The notes under the pieces are model-generated. The model was given only the letters and a program-made list of their open reading frames with translations, searched no databases and was not told where the DNA came from. From Promethearchaeota archaeon (GTDB lineage: Archaea; Asgardarchaeota; Thorarchaeia; Thorarchaeales; Thorarchaeaceae), in the NCBI GenBank assembly GCA_014728035.1, contig WJMJ01000131.1, forward strand, positions 96,001-160,000: a DNA stretch of 64,000 nucleotides, written 5' to 3'. This document shows positions 31,022 to 41,587 of the stretch, one piece after another. Numbering within the stretch: position 1 is the stretch's first letter; every line of letters begins with the position of its first letter. The position numbers were made by a program, and so were the translations under genes.

Positions 31022-31969
31022 ATGAAAGATAAGAAAATATTAATCGCCTTTGTAGCATTCGTGCTTCTGGCAACTGTTCCATTTGTTGCAGCTCAACAGA
31101 ATGGACCAGATTATGGTCATAGTAATGGTGTGGCTTCGGTGACCACAGATAACATTGGTCTCAAAGTCACAGCTACTAATCAAGTTCCACATTTCCACTT
31201 CTGGGATGCAAATGATAGCACACCAGGAGCTGATTATCATGTCATGTTTAGCAAGTTTTTCGAAGCTAATGATACTGATGATGACGGTACATACACACCA
31301 GGAACTGATCAGCGAGTATACGACCCCTTGACACTTCCATCTCTTGGTTGGGAATTTAGCGGATTCGAAACAGAAGGCAATCCAACTGAGAAGATCCACT
31401 TCAACTTCACATCAACAGAAACATTTACACCACAAGGACCCCCAACTCTTGCGGATACTGGACCCCCAACAAGCATGGACATAACCATTAAGATTCTCGT
31501 ACACATTGATTTGGCAAACGATAACGAAATGAAATTCGATATCATGCTCGATGGCTGGGATTGGACATACGACGATTCAATTCTTGTATTCCAATTTACA
31601 ATTTCTGAGAGCCAACATGGAGAAGAAAATGGTACAGCAGAACCAACTAATTTCCAGGGACAGAACGGAAACTTCACGTTTGGTAACGCATACATGGAAA
31701 CTGCTCAAACTGCCACTGCAGGAAATGAAACTGCTCCTCAGACAATTCAGGTCAGAGCTAGTCATGGAAGTTCAGAAGCTGGTGAAACCGGTGAATCCGT
31801 ATATATTGCCTTTGAGAACTTTGGAAACGAATCGTTATACTACGATCCCACTCTAGGTATTGAATCGGACGGATTTACTGGAATCATAGACTACAATACA
31901 CTCCTAATCATTGCTGGCGGTGCAACTGTTATTGTATTGATAGCAATCGTGCTCAAGATGAGAAAGTAA
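31022..31969 (+). CDS. Secreted membrane-anchored protein (paralog of 29011-29943)
   Basis: PHFHFW..DYHVMF..FFE..D, KFDI..DGWDW, YDPTLG and C-terminal TM. Confidence 0.75.
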   Translation: MKDKKILIAFVAFVLLATVPFVAAQQNGPDYGHSNGVASVTTDNIGLKVTATNQVPHFHFWDANDSTPGADYHVMFSKFFEANDTDDDGTYTPGTDQRVYDPLTLPSLGWEFSGFETEGNPTEKIHFNFTSTETFTPQGPPTLADTGPPTSMDITIKILVHIDLANDNEMKFDIMLDGWDWTYDDSILVFQFTISESQHGEENGTAEPTNFQGQNGNFTFGNAYMETAQTATAGNETAPQTIQVRASHGSSEAGETGESVYIAFENFGNESLYYDPTLGIESDGFTGIIDYNTLLIIAGGATVIVLIAIVLKMRK

Positions 31970-31992
31970 TTTTCTTGAACAACAGATAGATA

Positions 31993-32048
31993 ATGTTATG
32001 CACATGTCAGAGAATCGCTCTGCCTTTGCATAACATAAATTATTTTTT
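31993..32048 (+). terminator. Stem-loop + T-tract between convergent genes
   Basis: ATGTTATGCA...TGCATAACAT with an inner CAGAG/CTCTG stem, then TATTTTTT. Confidence 0.55.
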
Positions 32049-32107
32049 AAAACAAAGAAATAAGACCGGACAGAATAATCTGTCCGATCATGATGACTTC
32101 ACTGCTT

Positions 32108-32392
32108 CTAACGAAAGAGCATAGTAAGTTGCATACCTATTATTGATTCAACTCCATGCCGTTCAACAGCTTTTTGAATTGTTTTAGGTTCAACGTGATA
32201 GAGCGTCTTCCGCATATCTTGTAAATTCGGAATCCGTTGAACCATTCCAGTTTTTAGTAAGCGCTTCAGCGCAAACGCAACCGTTCGGGCTGGAATTTTA
32301 GCAAACTCACGAATTTGTTTAGGGGACATAGGACCTTTTCGTTGAAGTAGATGCAGTATTTTGAAGGAGCTAGGTGGTAGACTCTTTGCCAT
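32108..32392 (-). CDS. MarR-like wHTH regulator
   Basis: IPARTVAFALKRL...G.V.R..NLQDMR..LY. Confidence 0.8.
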   Translation of the reverse strand: MAKSLPPSSFKILHLLQRKGPMSPKQIREFAKIPARTVAFALKRLLKTGMVQRIPNLQDMRKTLYHVEPKTIQKAVERHGVESIIGMQLTMLFR

Positions 32393-32403
32393 ATTGATTC
32401 CTC

Positions 32404-34095
32404 CTATTCATCTGGTCGTGATATGGATCGCATTCCAGACCAAAGGAAACCGATACCTGCAATGATAAGAATCATTGGACCCCATAGAGCAAAAAGCCAG
32501 CCAAATCCAGTAGGACCTAATATCTGCTCTAGCAAAATATCAAGGTCTAAGATACTAAGAACTATCAGAGCAATAATTGAAGACATTATTGCGAACATTG
32601 GCACCATTATCGAAGTCATGACATTGGTTTGATGGGCGGGAGACTTTGTATCATCATAATCTGGATTATTTGCTGTAACTCCAATAGCCACCATTGTCGC
32701 CCCTACAGCGATAAGATATCCAATACCAAAAAGTGTCATTGCAACCCATATGTCCAAACCGGTTACCAAAGTAATAACAATCACAGCTATCGAGGTAAGA
32801 ACAAAATCAGTTAGAAAAGCGGATAGCGTCCTAGCTTTAACATAATCAGATGCTCCAGACGGAGTTCCTTGAAGAATCCATAGTTGTTTCTTACTCTCAA
32901 GAAAACCTACACCAGCATGAGGAAATGCACCAATTAATGCGAACATTATTCCAAAAATACCTATCAGTTCAAGAGGGGTTTCTGCAAGGTTGTTGTCAGT
33001 AAAGAGTGTCATAAACACAGGTAGAATTATTGCAAGTGCTAGTCCATAGAACATCTTGGACAAGTTCTGTGCCTTCCTGAAATAATCCTTCATATTGATT
33101 ACTACAAGTGTTCCGAAGTGTCCCTTCAGGATGGAACGCACACCTCTAAGGAAAATATTCTCTTCACCAGTAGTACTCACGACTTCAGTCCGAACTCCTG
33201 CACTTATTGTAAAAATGCGATCAGCACTTACAATTCCAATGATAGTGATGAGGGCCAAGAAACCAATCATGAGAGTCGCACTAACCATGAAATCCAAGTA
33301 CAAAACTGATCTGAACAGTTCAATCTGCGGCAAAGTTAGACCTATACCATTGTAAGAGATTGCCAACCAGCTAATTGTATCTGCACTCCAGGTGAAAGGA
33401 AGAAACAGAAATATTTCTAGTCCAAGAATATCCGATACCAAAGGAGCAGCATACATTATGAGATACATTGGAACGATTGCAATAATCCCCATAATCATTG
33501 ACATTGCTTTTGCCAAGTCATTCCCACGGGAGGAATCCCCCAGACGCGATTGAATCAATGACGTGATATACTTTGATAACCACAACACACCGAATACGTT
33601 GAGAAAAATTGTGCAATATATTAGAATTGACCCAACTACCGATACCTCAAATGCCATCAAAAACGGAGATAGCAGAAGAGGCGCTAGTATCAATGCAACA
33701 AACCCATAGAGAGGAGTCCACCCAAAGAAACCACCAACAAGGATATCTCGTGTGCGAGTATTGTTGCTTAGAAAGATCTCCCAGTGTCCAATCTTTATCT
33801 CTTCAAGCGATTGTGCCAAAGGAAATAACATCAATGCCAACCAAAGAAACATAATAACTGACCGCATAAGACCTGGAAAAATACCTATGAGGAGTGATCT
33901 TAGCTCTATCAGAGGTATGATAGAGGTCAATATACCATTTATCAAAAACGGTGCCACTAAGGTGGCCCAAATGATTCCTAAAGCAAATAGACTTCCTGTG
34001 ATAAGATATCTATGTTTTCTAAACTTCACTGTGAGAACATAGAAGTCTGCTTTTGCGATACTAAGCCATGTTCCAGACAATGGCTTCACCTCCAC
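32404..34095 (-). CDS. ABC-type exporter permease
   Basis: About 13 TM helices, overlapping the ABC ATPase gene. Confidence 0.75.
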   Translation of the reverse strand: MEVKPLSGTWLSIAKADFYVLTVKFRKHRYLITGSLFALGIIWATLVAPFLINGILTSIIPLIELRSLLIGIFPGLMRSVIMFLWLALMLFPLAQSLEEIKIGHWEIFLSNNTRTRDILVGGFFGWTPLYGFVALILAPLLLSPFLMAFEVSVVGSILIYCTIFLNVFGVLWLSKYITSLIQSRLGDSSRGNDLAKAMSMIMGIIAIVPMYLIMYAAPLVSDILGLEIFLFLPFTWSADTISWLAISYNGIGLTLPQIELFRSVLYLDFMVSATLMIGFLALITIIGIVSADRIFTISAGVRTEVVSTTGEENIFLRGVRSILKGHFGTLVVINMKDYFRKAQNLSKMFYGLALAIILPVFMTLFTDNNLAETPLELIGIFGIMFALIGAFPHAGVGFLESKKQLWILQGTPSGASDYVKARTLSAFLTDFVLTSIAVIVITLVTGLDIWVAMTLFGIGYLIAVGATMVAIGVTANNPDYDDTKSPAHQTNVMTSIMVPMFAIMSSIIALIVLSILDLDILLEQILGPTGFGWLFALWGPMILIIAGIGFLWSGMRSISRPDE

Positions 34096-34856
34096 GCAAG
34101 AAGAGATTTACGGTCCATCTTTCCACCGACTATCTTCAGATAAGCTTCTTCCAAATTACCTGTATTAGTTCTGTCAATTATTTCTTGAGGTGACCCCAGA
34201 GTCACAAGTTGACCTTGATTCAAAATGCCTATAACATCGCAGACATCTTCAGCAAAATCTGTCATATGTGTGCATATGAAAAAACCAGTGTCAGTTTCTT
34301 CAGCAAGCGCTAAAATCAAATCTTTAACTAAAGCACTAGCTGAGGGATCAAGTCTTGCAGTTGGCTCATCTAGAAAGACCAATTTTGGTTCATGGAGAAG
34401 TGTCGATGCCACCAATACTTTTTGTTTCATTCCAGAAGAGTAGGACTCTAATAGGTCATCTTGACGGCCCCCAAGTCCCAAAATAGAGAGGAGACTATCT
34501 ATCCGACGAGTAAGTGCAGCACCACTTCTTTTATTGAGTGCACCAATCAGTTCAAGGAACTCTCTTGCAGATAGTTTTGAGTAAAGTCCAGGAGATTCTG
34601 GAAGTATTCCAGTAGCCGCTTTGACTTGATCTCGGTCAGTAGAGATGTTAAATCCGCAAACTTCTGCAGTGCCACTTGTTTGTTTTAGTAGACCGGAAAG
34701 AATTCGAACGGTAGTAGTCTTCCCAGCACCGTTAGGTCCAAGGAAGCCAAATCTGCCACCGGTCTTCATCTCCAAATCTAGATCACGAACAGCTTGAACA
34801 GAGCCAAAGCTCTTACTCAAGCCGCGTGTGCTAATGCATATTCCATTCTGTACCAT
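34086..34856 (-). CDS. ABC transporter ATP-binding protein
   Basis: GPNGAGKTT, YSSGMKQK and LDEP motifs. Confidence 0.95.
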   Translation of the reverse strand: MVQNGICISTRGLSKSFGSVQAVRDLDLEMKTGGRFGFLGPNGAGKTTTVRILSGLLKQTSGTAEVCGFNISTDRDQVKAATGILPESPGLYSKLSAREFLELIGALNKRSGAALTRRIDSLLSILGLGGRQDDLLESYSSGMKQKVLVASTLLHEPKLVFLDEPTARLDPSASALVKDLILALAEETDTGFFICTHMTDFAEDVCDVIGILNQGQLVTLGSPQEIIDRTNTGNLEEAYLKIVGGKMDRKSLLAWR

Positions 34857-34879
34857 TATGTTTCACGTAATTCATATTA

Positions 34880-34958
34880 GTAAATCTTTACCAGATTTCT
34901 ATGCAATATACTAAGAGTTTAAATATAAATCTTTACCATAAAGCATGTAAAGAATTAC
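34880..34958. promoter_or_regulatory. Three imperfect palindromic operator-like sites in a divergent promoter
   Basis: GTAAATCTTTAC (34880), ATAAATCTTTAC (34925) and GTAAAGAATTAC (34947), around TTTAAATATA. Confidence 0.55.
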
Positions 34959-34998
34959 CATAACCCTGATATGGGATGATGAAAGAGAAAAACGAGGA

Positions 34999-35562
34999 AT
35001 GAAAATGGGATTGCTTTCAACTCACGAGGCTATTGTTTGGTGGGAATTTCAACAAGGAAAACCCACAGGAGAAATAGCTAGTGAGTATGAAGAAGAGAAA
35101 GAGTATCCGGAGTATGTTAGACAAATACTTGAGGAAGAAGCAGGATCTACAGCTTCCTTCAAAGATGCAGCATATGTGTCCAGAGTGTTGAATAGAGCAA
35201 GGAAGAAAATCAAGAAAGCACTCGAAGATCAAGGGAGAAGTCATAGACTGGACATAGAAAGTGTACAGGATTACAAGGGTCTCCTGATGGGCTTTGATTA
35301 TCAGGCTAATGCACAAGTCTACATCGTATTCACTATGCAACTGGGAAATGTTGTTTGGTACAAACACGACTCGTATGCGGGAAAATTATGTCCTGAATGT
35401 CCGAAAGAGTCCGAATGTCGAGAAACTCTTGATATTATCATTAAAGAGTACAACATCGAACTACGTCCGGATCAAGAACAGCTCCCTATGACTCAGCAAT
35501 CCATTGCAGTATTTACAAAACTTGCAGCAAAAGAGAATCCTCGTTACAAAAGAAGTACATAA
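34999..35562 (+). CDS. Putative HTH regulator with C-terminal Cys cluster
   Basis: EIA...YVSRVLNRARKKI and CPECPKESEC. Confidence 0.65.
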   Translation: MKMGLLSTHEAIVWWEFQQGKPTGEIASEYEEEKEYPEYVRQILEEEAGSTASFKDAAYVSRVLNRARKKIKKALEDQGRSHRLDIESVQDYKGLLMGFDYQANAQVYIVFTMQLGNVVWYKHDSYAGKLCPECPKESECRETLDIIIKEYNIELRPDQEQLPMTQQSIAVFTKLAAKENPRYKRST

Positions 35563-35577
35563 TGGATGTGATGTGAA

Positions 35578-36378
35578 GTGGGTCGGGATTACGAAGCAGA
35601 AACGGGAAAAGTCATAAAACCCCCATTGGAAACAATGGCTGGAAAGACGTTCAAACCAGCGCCAGCCTTTAGGAATAAGCTCTGGTTCACAGTACTATTT
35701 GTTACCTTTATCATATGGGTAATGATAATAGCAACATTCTATTTTGCTAGCAGCTTGGTAAGTTGGTTAGGTTATAATTACTCTCTTGAGCAATTCCTTG
35801 GTCTTTGGCTTGTTCAGATTACCTACTGGTATTGGATCATTTCGCTGTTTTGGATTGTTCCTCTCTTGATATTCATACCAATCTATATTGACAGAATCGA
35901 GTACTCTGTTCGAGCTGAATCAGGAGAGAGTCTTCCAGAGATATATGTGAAGAAGGGACTCATAGATATAACCGAAAAACATGTGCCTTTCAGAGCAATA
36001 ACCAATCTTACCAATAGAACTGGACCTTTTGACAGACTGTTCGGCATTGGAAATATCGAGATTGAAACTGCTGGATATTCTGGTTCTATGCAGACGGGCC
36101 CTGAAGAAAAAATCGAAGGTATTCTCTTTCATGATGAATTGCGAGACTATATGCTTCAGGAGATTCGCAAGTTTAAGGCACCCTATGCAACAACAATGGA
36201 AACAGAGGAGGATTTTGAAGAAACGGAATCAAAAGGGAGTCGCTTTGAAACATCTGAAATAATTTTGGTGCTTCAAGATATCAAAGCTGTGCTGGAGAAA
36301 ATAGATAGCAAACTGGATTCTTACAATGATTTTCAATCCGATATCAGGGATATCAAAGAAGAATTACGGAGAAAGTAA
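35578..36378 (+). CDS. Membrane protein with bacterial PH (bPH_2) domain
   Basis: 2 TM, then KGLI..TEKHVPF..ITN...TGPFDRLFGIG.IEIETAG. Confidence 0.8.
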   Translation: MGRDYEAETGKVIKPPLETMAGKTFKPAPAFRNKLWFTVLFVTFIIWVMIIATFYFASSLVSWLGYNYSLEQFLGLWLVQITYWYWIISLFWIVPLLIFIPIYIDRIEYSVRAESGESLPEIYVKKGLIDITEKHVPFRAITNLTNRTGPFDRLFGIGNIEIETAGYSGSMQTGPEEKIEGILFHDELRDYMLQEIRKFKAPYATTMETEEDFEETESKGSRFETSEIILVLQDIKAVLEKIDSKLDSYNDFQSDIRDIKEELRRK

Positions 36379-36382
36379 GAAA

Positions 36383-37159
36383 ATGACGGAAAGAAAAGCA
36401 AAGGTGATTAAACCACCTGTTGAGAAGATAACAAGTGGAAGGGTGTTCCACCCTGATAATAGATACAAATACAAGATGTGGATAGAAATATTCCTCGTGG
36501 CGTTTGTAATCTATATTCTACTAGTGGGATTCTGGGTTGGAATGGGCTACTTCATAGAAGTCGTAGATAATGACGTGACACCTGCACAATTCTGGGCGTA
36601 TATCGCAGAATGGTGGTGGCCGGTGAATTCTGCATTTTGGTTAGTCATGATGGTTTGGATGATTCCAGCAATAATTGCGGTTCCAATCTACTTCAAATCA
36701 TTCAGCTATTCGGTTATCAGCGAAAAAGGCGAAACGATGCCAGAGATTTTCACCAGGAGAGGTATCATCAATGTGACTGAGCGACATGTACCCTTCAGAA
36801 CAATTACTAACATTTCCTCTAAGGCCGGAATACTTGATAGAATACTAGGAATAGGTTCTGTAGAAATTGAGACCGCAGGAGGATCAATCAGAAGTCCAGG
36901 ACAACCGGGCCCTGAAGAGAAGATAGAGGGCGTCATGTACTATGAAGAAGTACGAGATTTTATCTTGAGAGAGTTGAGAAAGTTCAGAGATCCATATGTA
37001 ACAGGAACTGAACTAGTGACTCCCAGAGCTGAACATCCAGTTCCGGTGCTTGAGGATACACTTGATGATGATATACTTCGAACATTGAGAGACATCCGAA
37101 ATAGTACAGAGTGCCTTCCAGAAATTCTAGAATTGCTCAAAAAGTTGAGCAAAAGATAA
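36383..37159 (+). CDS. Membrane protein with bPH_2 domain (tandem paralog)
   Basis: RGII..TERHVPFRTITN...GILDRILGIGSVEIETAG. Confidence 0.8.
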   Translation: MTERKAKVIKPPVEKITSGRVFHPDNRYKYKMWIEIFLVAFVIYILLVGFWVGMGYFIEVVDNDVTPAQFWAYIAEWWWPVNSAFWLVMMVWMIPAIIAVPIYFKSFSYSVISEKGETMPEIFTRRGIINVTERHVPFRTITNISSKAGILDRILGIGSVEIETAGGSIRSPGQPGPEEKIEGVMYYEEVRDFILRELRKFRDPYVTGTELVTPRAEHPVPVLEDTLDDDILRTLRDIRNSTECLPEILELLKKLSKR

Positions 37160-37265
37160 TCTTTGCATGGGGAATGCAGTGCATTCTGCATTCCCGCTAA
37201 AGGAGTGAATCAAAGAAAATGATAATAGACAATGATATCTGGACAATATTATGGGATGAAAGACG

Positions 37266-37358
37266 ATGTCAACAAGGAGAATCATAATGAAAGCGTTGTT
37301 ACTGATGGGAGTTGTATTTTTCTTTGTATTTTATCTCCTATTATACTTCAATAAGTAG
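37266..37358 (+). CDS. Possible 30-aa single-TM microprotein
   Basis: Manual translation MSTRRIIMKALLLMGVVFFFVFYLLLYFNK*. Confidence 0.3.
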   Translation: MSTRRIIMKALLLMGVVFFFVFYLLLYFNK

Positions 37359-37374
37359 GAAGTAGTTTTACAAA

Positions 37375-38202
37375 TCACAAGTTAGTTCTTTGTTTTACTC
37401 TATTATATGGGAAAATAATGTTACCTTCATGAAAGACGACCATCTCGCCAGGATTAAACTCAATCCAGTCTTCAGCTGTTAACGCTCTAGTTACAATTAC
37501 ATAACCTGATTCTTGTTGGTCAGATTCGAGGTTGCCACTCTGGACATCAAGGATTCCAAAGGATTCATCCTTCCGTGTAAATTCAATAGAACCAGTTGGA
37601 ACAGATTTCGGGAGGAATCTTAGTCCATTATTATGTTGTTGCTCATCTGAATAACAAAACAGAAAGGGACCATTGGTTAGCATACAGTTGAAAGTGTTGT
37701 CCGAGTCATTGATCTCTTGAAATATTTCTTGGAGCTTCTCAAAATCGGGAATCTTCCACGAAGATACATCTTCATCAGCAATTGCATCCAAAATATAACA
37801 GAATGCATGTTCGGAGTCCGTTGTGCCAATTGGGTGATATACTCCAAGCTGTAATTTTTTAAATTCGTTAAGAGTTCCATTGTGAGCAAAAGCCCATTCC
37901 TGAATACCACTTTGTGTGGTGACTTGTCGATAGAACGGATGAGTGTTGGCATAGCTTCGCACGCCTTCAGTAGACCTACGAACATGACTTACAAAAGTCG
38001 TGGAAGTTGGATATACTTCAGCAAAGTCAAATAGTTTACTTGATTTAGCTGAAATTGGCTCTTTCAGAATACGTAGAAGTAATTCGTGATAAAAAGCTAG
38101 TCCCCAACCATCAGGATTTGGCTCTCCACGCAATTGAAATATATCCAGAGATATTCGTGGGCTTACAGGCGAATCAAAAGATAAACCGAGTAGATCACAC
38201 AT
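37375..38202 (-). CDS. Class II glutamine amidotransferase (YafJ/EgtC-like)
   Basis: N-terminal Met-Cys, with PDGWG, HVRRST, NTHPF, AHNG and GTTDSE motifs. Confidence 0.92.
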   Translation of the reverse strand: MCDLLGLSFDSPVSPRISLDIFQLRGEPNPDGWGLAFYHELLLRILKEPISAKSSKLFDFAEVYPTSTTFVSHVRRSTEGVRSYANTHPFYRQVTTQSGIQEWAFAHNGTLNEFKKLQLGVYHPIGTTDSEHAFCYILDAIADEDVSSWKIPDFEKLQEIFQEINDSDNTFNCMLTNGPFLFCYSDEQQHNNGLRFLPKSVPTGSIEFTRKDESFGILDVQSGNLESDQQESGYVIVTRALTAEDWIEFNPGEMVVFHEGNIIFPYNRVKQRTNL

Positions 38203-38514
38203 ACACTCAGTATATGTGTATACCTGATAAGGTCTACTCTCAGAAGTATCTAACAAAAATACAACCGAAGGAATTCAGATATACCACACTAATAAAAAAA
38301 CGATGAGTTAACAAATACAACAATATAGACCCGTTCTCGAAAATTATGTCTATCATGGAGGTGCTGTCCAATTACATTTAACCAAGGCGGAGTGGACTTG
38401 GCAATTTTTGGTAAAAGTAGCCCATAGTAGATTGCTGCTCCTGAGATAACCTATGGGATAGTTCAAACACCACAGACTAATCAAATCTTTAACTATTGCC
38501 AAATAAATTGACTA

Positions 38515-39264
38515 TCAAAAGAGGGATTTGCTCCAGATAGGTGTTTTCTTAACATAAGGGCTCAACAGCATTAGTATTGTTCCTATTGAGGACAGAACAA
38601 TCACATCTCCAACAAACCATGCATAAAATGCAGATATTGCACCATCAAAACTAGAGATGTTGAATAAATAGAATGTGAATGCACCTGGAATAGCTGAAGC
38701 GAACGAAGCTAATAATACACCAAAAATGAGGAAGCCAATCCAATTCGTTCTTTTTTTGCCTTTCTCAAATAGTGCAACCAACGCAATCCCAGCAATTCCC
38801 GTTGTAAAAGAGGCAAATAGAAGGATGTTTCCAAAAGTTGGAATGACAATAGATAAGATCACAAGCAAAAATGTGATGATTGCAACTAATAGAAAACCGA
38901 TTCTTCCTCTCGGGCTAGGTTCAAAATCAGGTTCAATAAGGAAGATATAGATTGCTAAAATGGGCATAAGTGCTTCAGATGCATCAGCGAGACCCCAAAC
39001 TAGAGACCCGACGATACCTAATGGTGTCGTGAGAATGCCAAGAATCACACAAGACACATACCCCACAACTACACCCCAACCCCGCATCCAATAAGCTAAC
39101 GGAACGTATATAGCAGCTGCGATGTAAAGATAACTGATTCCGGCCATGTTGGAAGGTAGAGATACGACCGCAGAGATTGCAACAACTGTTGCTACTGCAG
39201 TAAAAATCAATGCGATTATTCCACGAAGCAGAATCATATTGTCTTTCATGAAAGAGCTGGTCAT
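38515..39264 (-). CDS. Hypothetical multi-pass membrane protein
   Basis: About 7 hydrophobic helices and a WFVGD motif. Confidence 0.65.
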   Translation of the reverse strand: MTSSFMKDNMILLRGIIALIFTAVATVVAISAVVSLPSNMAGISYLYIAAAIYVPLAYWMRGWGVVVGYVSCVILGILTTPLGIVGSLVWGLADASEALMPILAIYIFLIEPDFEPSPRGRIGFLLVAIITFLLVILSIVIPTFGNILLFASFTTGIAGIALVALFEKGKKRTNWIGFLIFGVLLASFASAIPGAFTFYLFNISSFDGAISAFYAWFVGDVIVLSSIGTILMLLSPYVKKTPIWSKSLF

Positions 39265-39340
39265 TATATGTACACCTTGCAAAGATTCCTTGAAACACAG
39301 CATCTCACGATTTGTATTAAATAAATATAGGAGGAATGCA

Positions 39341-40654
39341 TTATATTCTCCGGCGCCATGCAATCGTGATTACTACTACTGCGACTAACACAGAGCCTGC
39401 TACTACGTAAGGAAGTAGAGATACCAAGTCTGGTGTATATTCAGTAATGGTAGTTGTTGGAAGAGGGGGAGCTTGGGGATAAAATGACACCATCAACTGG
39501 AATATGTCCGTATTATCAAGCACTTCATTGGACATATCATCAAAGATTGAACCATATCCATAGATAGGAACGTTTACTGCAGTATGTCCAGAACTACTCC
39601 AAGTGACATCTATTTGGTCCACTCGGTCAGCACGTAATTGTCTTTTTTCCTCTTCAGTATTCTCGTCGCTAGGCAGAGTTGAGTCCAAAGTATTACTATT
39701 CACAATCAATCCACCAGTTTCATGATCCGCAGTAACAATCAACATTGTATCATCATGAGTAACAGTATAATGCAACGCAACTTCTACCGCTTTGTCGAAT
39801 GCAATCGTATCAAGTGCATTCTGAACTTTGTTATTATCATGGCCCGCATGGTCAATTCTTCCTCCTTCAACCATAAGAAAGAAACCATCCGTATCTTGTG
39901 ATAGAAGTTCAAGTGATTTGTTAGTCATCTGTGCAAGAGAAGGGATGACCGTCAATTCACGGTTTAACTCATAGTCCATATGAAAATCTGAAAATATTCC
40001 AAATAGCTTTCCTTCACTTACCATATTCATTTCGGATAGATTCTGTACGAAAGAATATCCTTTATCCTGCATTGTAGTGATATTGGCATTAGAAAAATAA
40101 TGAAGTCCACCACCCAATAGTACATCTACATTTGCAGAATCTATTATTTGCTTGGTAATAGTATTGTACGAGTTCCGGTCATTTATGTGAGTCATAAATG
40201 CGGCTGGAGTCGCATGTTGGATATAACATGTGGAAATCACACCAGTGGATTTATCGAGTCGCTGAGCAAGCTCAAGAATGGTTTCCAAATTATGACCATC
40301 TGGATCCTTTGAGATAACACCATTATCCGTCTTCACACCAGTTGCAATTGCGGTTGCAGACGCTGCAGAGTCAGTAATCGATGAATCTGCACTGTGTGTC
40401 GTCACAGACGAGTTAAACGGAAGACTCTCCATAACAAGTTGGCCATCTACACCTTTCTCTACCCATCGAGCAAGTTTGACCTGTTCAAAACCCATACCAT
40501 CTCCAATCATCAAAATGATATTCATACCATTTTCATGTTCTTGATTAACGGATGATACAGGAGCTGCCATTGAGATTGAAAACATCAACATTAGGACTAT
40601 CGATGTTGTAACAACATGACCTTGAATACGGAGAAACCAACCTATAAGAGCCAT
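39341..40654 (-). CDS. Alkaline phosphatase, membrane-anchored
   Basis: IGDGMG, TDSAASATA, HATPAAF, EGGRIDHAGH and TADHETGG motifs, with a C-terminal TM. Confidence 0.95.
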   Translation of the reverse strand: MALIGWFLRIQGHVVTTSIVLMLMFSISMAAPVSSVNQEHENGMNIILMIGDGMGFEQVKLARWVEKGVDGQLVMESLPFNSSVTTHSADSSITDSAASATAIATGVKTDNGVISKDPDGHNLETILELAQRLDKSTGVISTCYIQHATPAAFMTHINDRNSYNTITKQIIDSANVDVLLGGGLHYFSNANITTMQDKGYSFVQNLSEMNMVSEGKLFGIFSDFHMDYELNRELTVIPSLAQMTNKSLELLSQDTDGFFLMVEGGRIDHAGHDNNKVQNALDTIAFDKAVEVALHYTVTHDDTMLIVTADHETGGLIVNSNTLDSTLPSDENTEEEKRQLRADRVDQIDVTWSSSGHTAVNVPIYGYGSIFDDMSNEVLDNTDIFQLMVSFYPQAPPLPTTTITEYTPDLVSLLPYVVAGSVLVAVVVITIAWRRRI

Positions 40655-40713
40655 AGATAGTATTAGAATAGTGGTTTAATATTACTGTTATCAAATAACA
40701 CCAAAATCCAATA

Positions 40714-41016
40714 TTATAATGGTATTAGTCGTGTCACGGTCGAATCAGTTCTAATTGCATTCAATCTGGCCGATAAGCGAATATAATCTTCATCACTATG
40801 TAGCTTCTCAATTGTGGACCTGTATTCTTCCTCATCTTTGTATTCAGACATATAATATGTATGAACAGGCTTGTTCTTATCACGCCAATATCCAATAATT
40901 TTTACACCATGCTTATGGTATATTTTGATAAATTCAGACCTGAGATCATCAAGTTCGCCAATATCGTCTTCTGAAACACTAGTTCTGTATAGCATTACTA
41001 AAGCCATCTTCATCAT
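40714..41016 (-). CDS. Small NIPSNAP-like dimeric alpha/beta barrel protein
   Basis: HKHGVKIIGYW motif and size. Confidence 0.55.
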   Translation of the reverse strand: MMKMALVMLYRTSVSEDDIGELDDLRSEFIKIYHKHGVKIIGYWRDKNKPVHTYYMSEYKDEEEYRSTIEKLHSDEDYIRLSARLNAIRTDSTVTRLIPL

Positions 41017-41098
41017 ATTAACAATAGTTAATACAGTTATAGATGTTTCTGTTGAAAAGATATTAAGAGTCCGTACACCTTACGGACTCTAAGAAGTG

Positions 41099-41587
41099 TT
41101 AGAGGTCAGAAGGATCACATACAATATCTGCCCCTGTTTCACCTTTAACTGATTGTAAAGGCTGCATCTGAATTATACGAACTAGCTCCTCTAAGTCAGC
41201 ATGATGACGTTCTTCATCTTTTCTAAGGTGTTCTAGAAGAAGCTCTCCAAGAGGATCGGTCATTTTTTCAATTGCTTTATCAAGAAGATCTATCATTCGT
41301 GATTCTTGTTTTTTGAAAGACTCAAGGTCTCGGGATAACTTTACTCGATCAATATAACGTTGAACTTTTGCACTCCATGCATCACACGGAGTATCCATAA
41401 GCATCTCGATAAGACCTTTGAGGAATTCTTTATGTTTCCACGTATCAAGCCTCATTTCCATAAAGACCAGTCGTACAGCAGTTTCGTGTACTCGCTCTTC
41501 AGCATTTTCCAAATCATTCAAGAGATTTTCTTCAACAGACACTTGATCTTGTAGAATCTCGATTAGTTCATCATTTCCTTTAGCCAT
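41099..41587 (-). CDS. Ferritin-like four-helix-bundle protein
   Basis: E...DTWKH and E...DEERH pairs. Confidence 0.7.
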   Translation of the reverse strand: MAKGNDELIEILQDQVSVEENLLNDLENAEERVHETAVRLVFMEMRLDTWKHKEFLKGLIEMLMDTPCDAWSAKVQRYIDRVKLSRDLESFKKQESRMIDLLDKAIEKMTDPLGELLLEHLRKDEERHHADLEELVRIIQMQPLQSVKGETGADIVCDPSDL

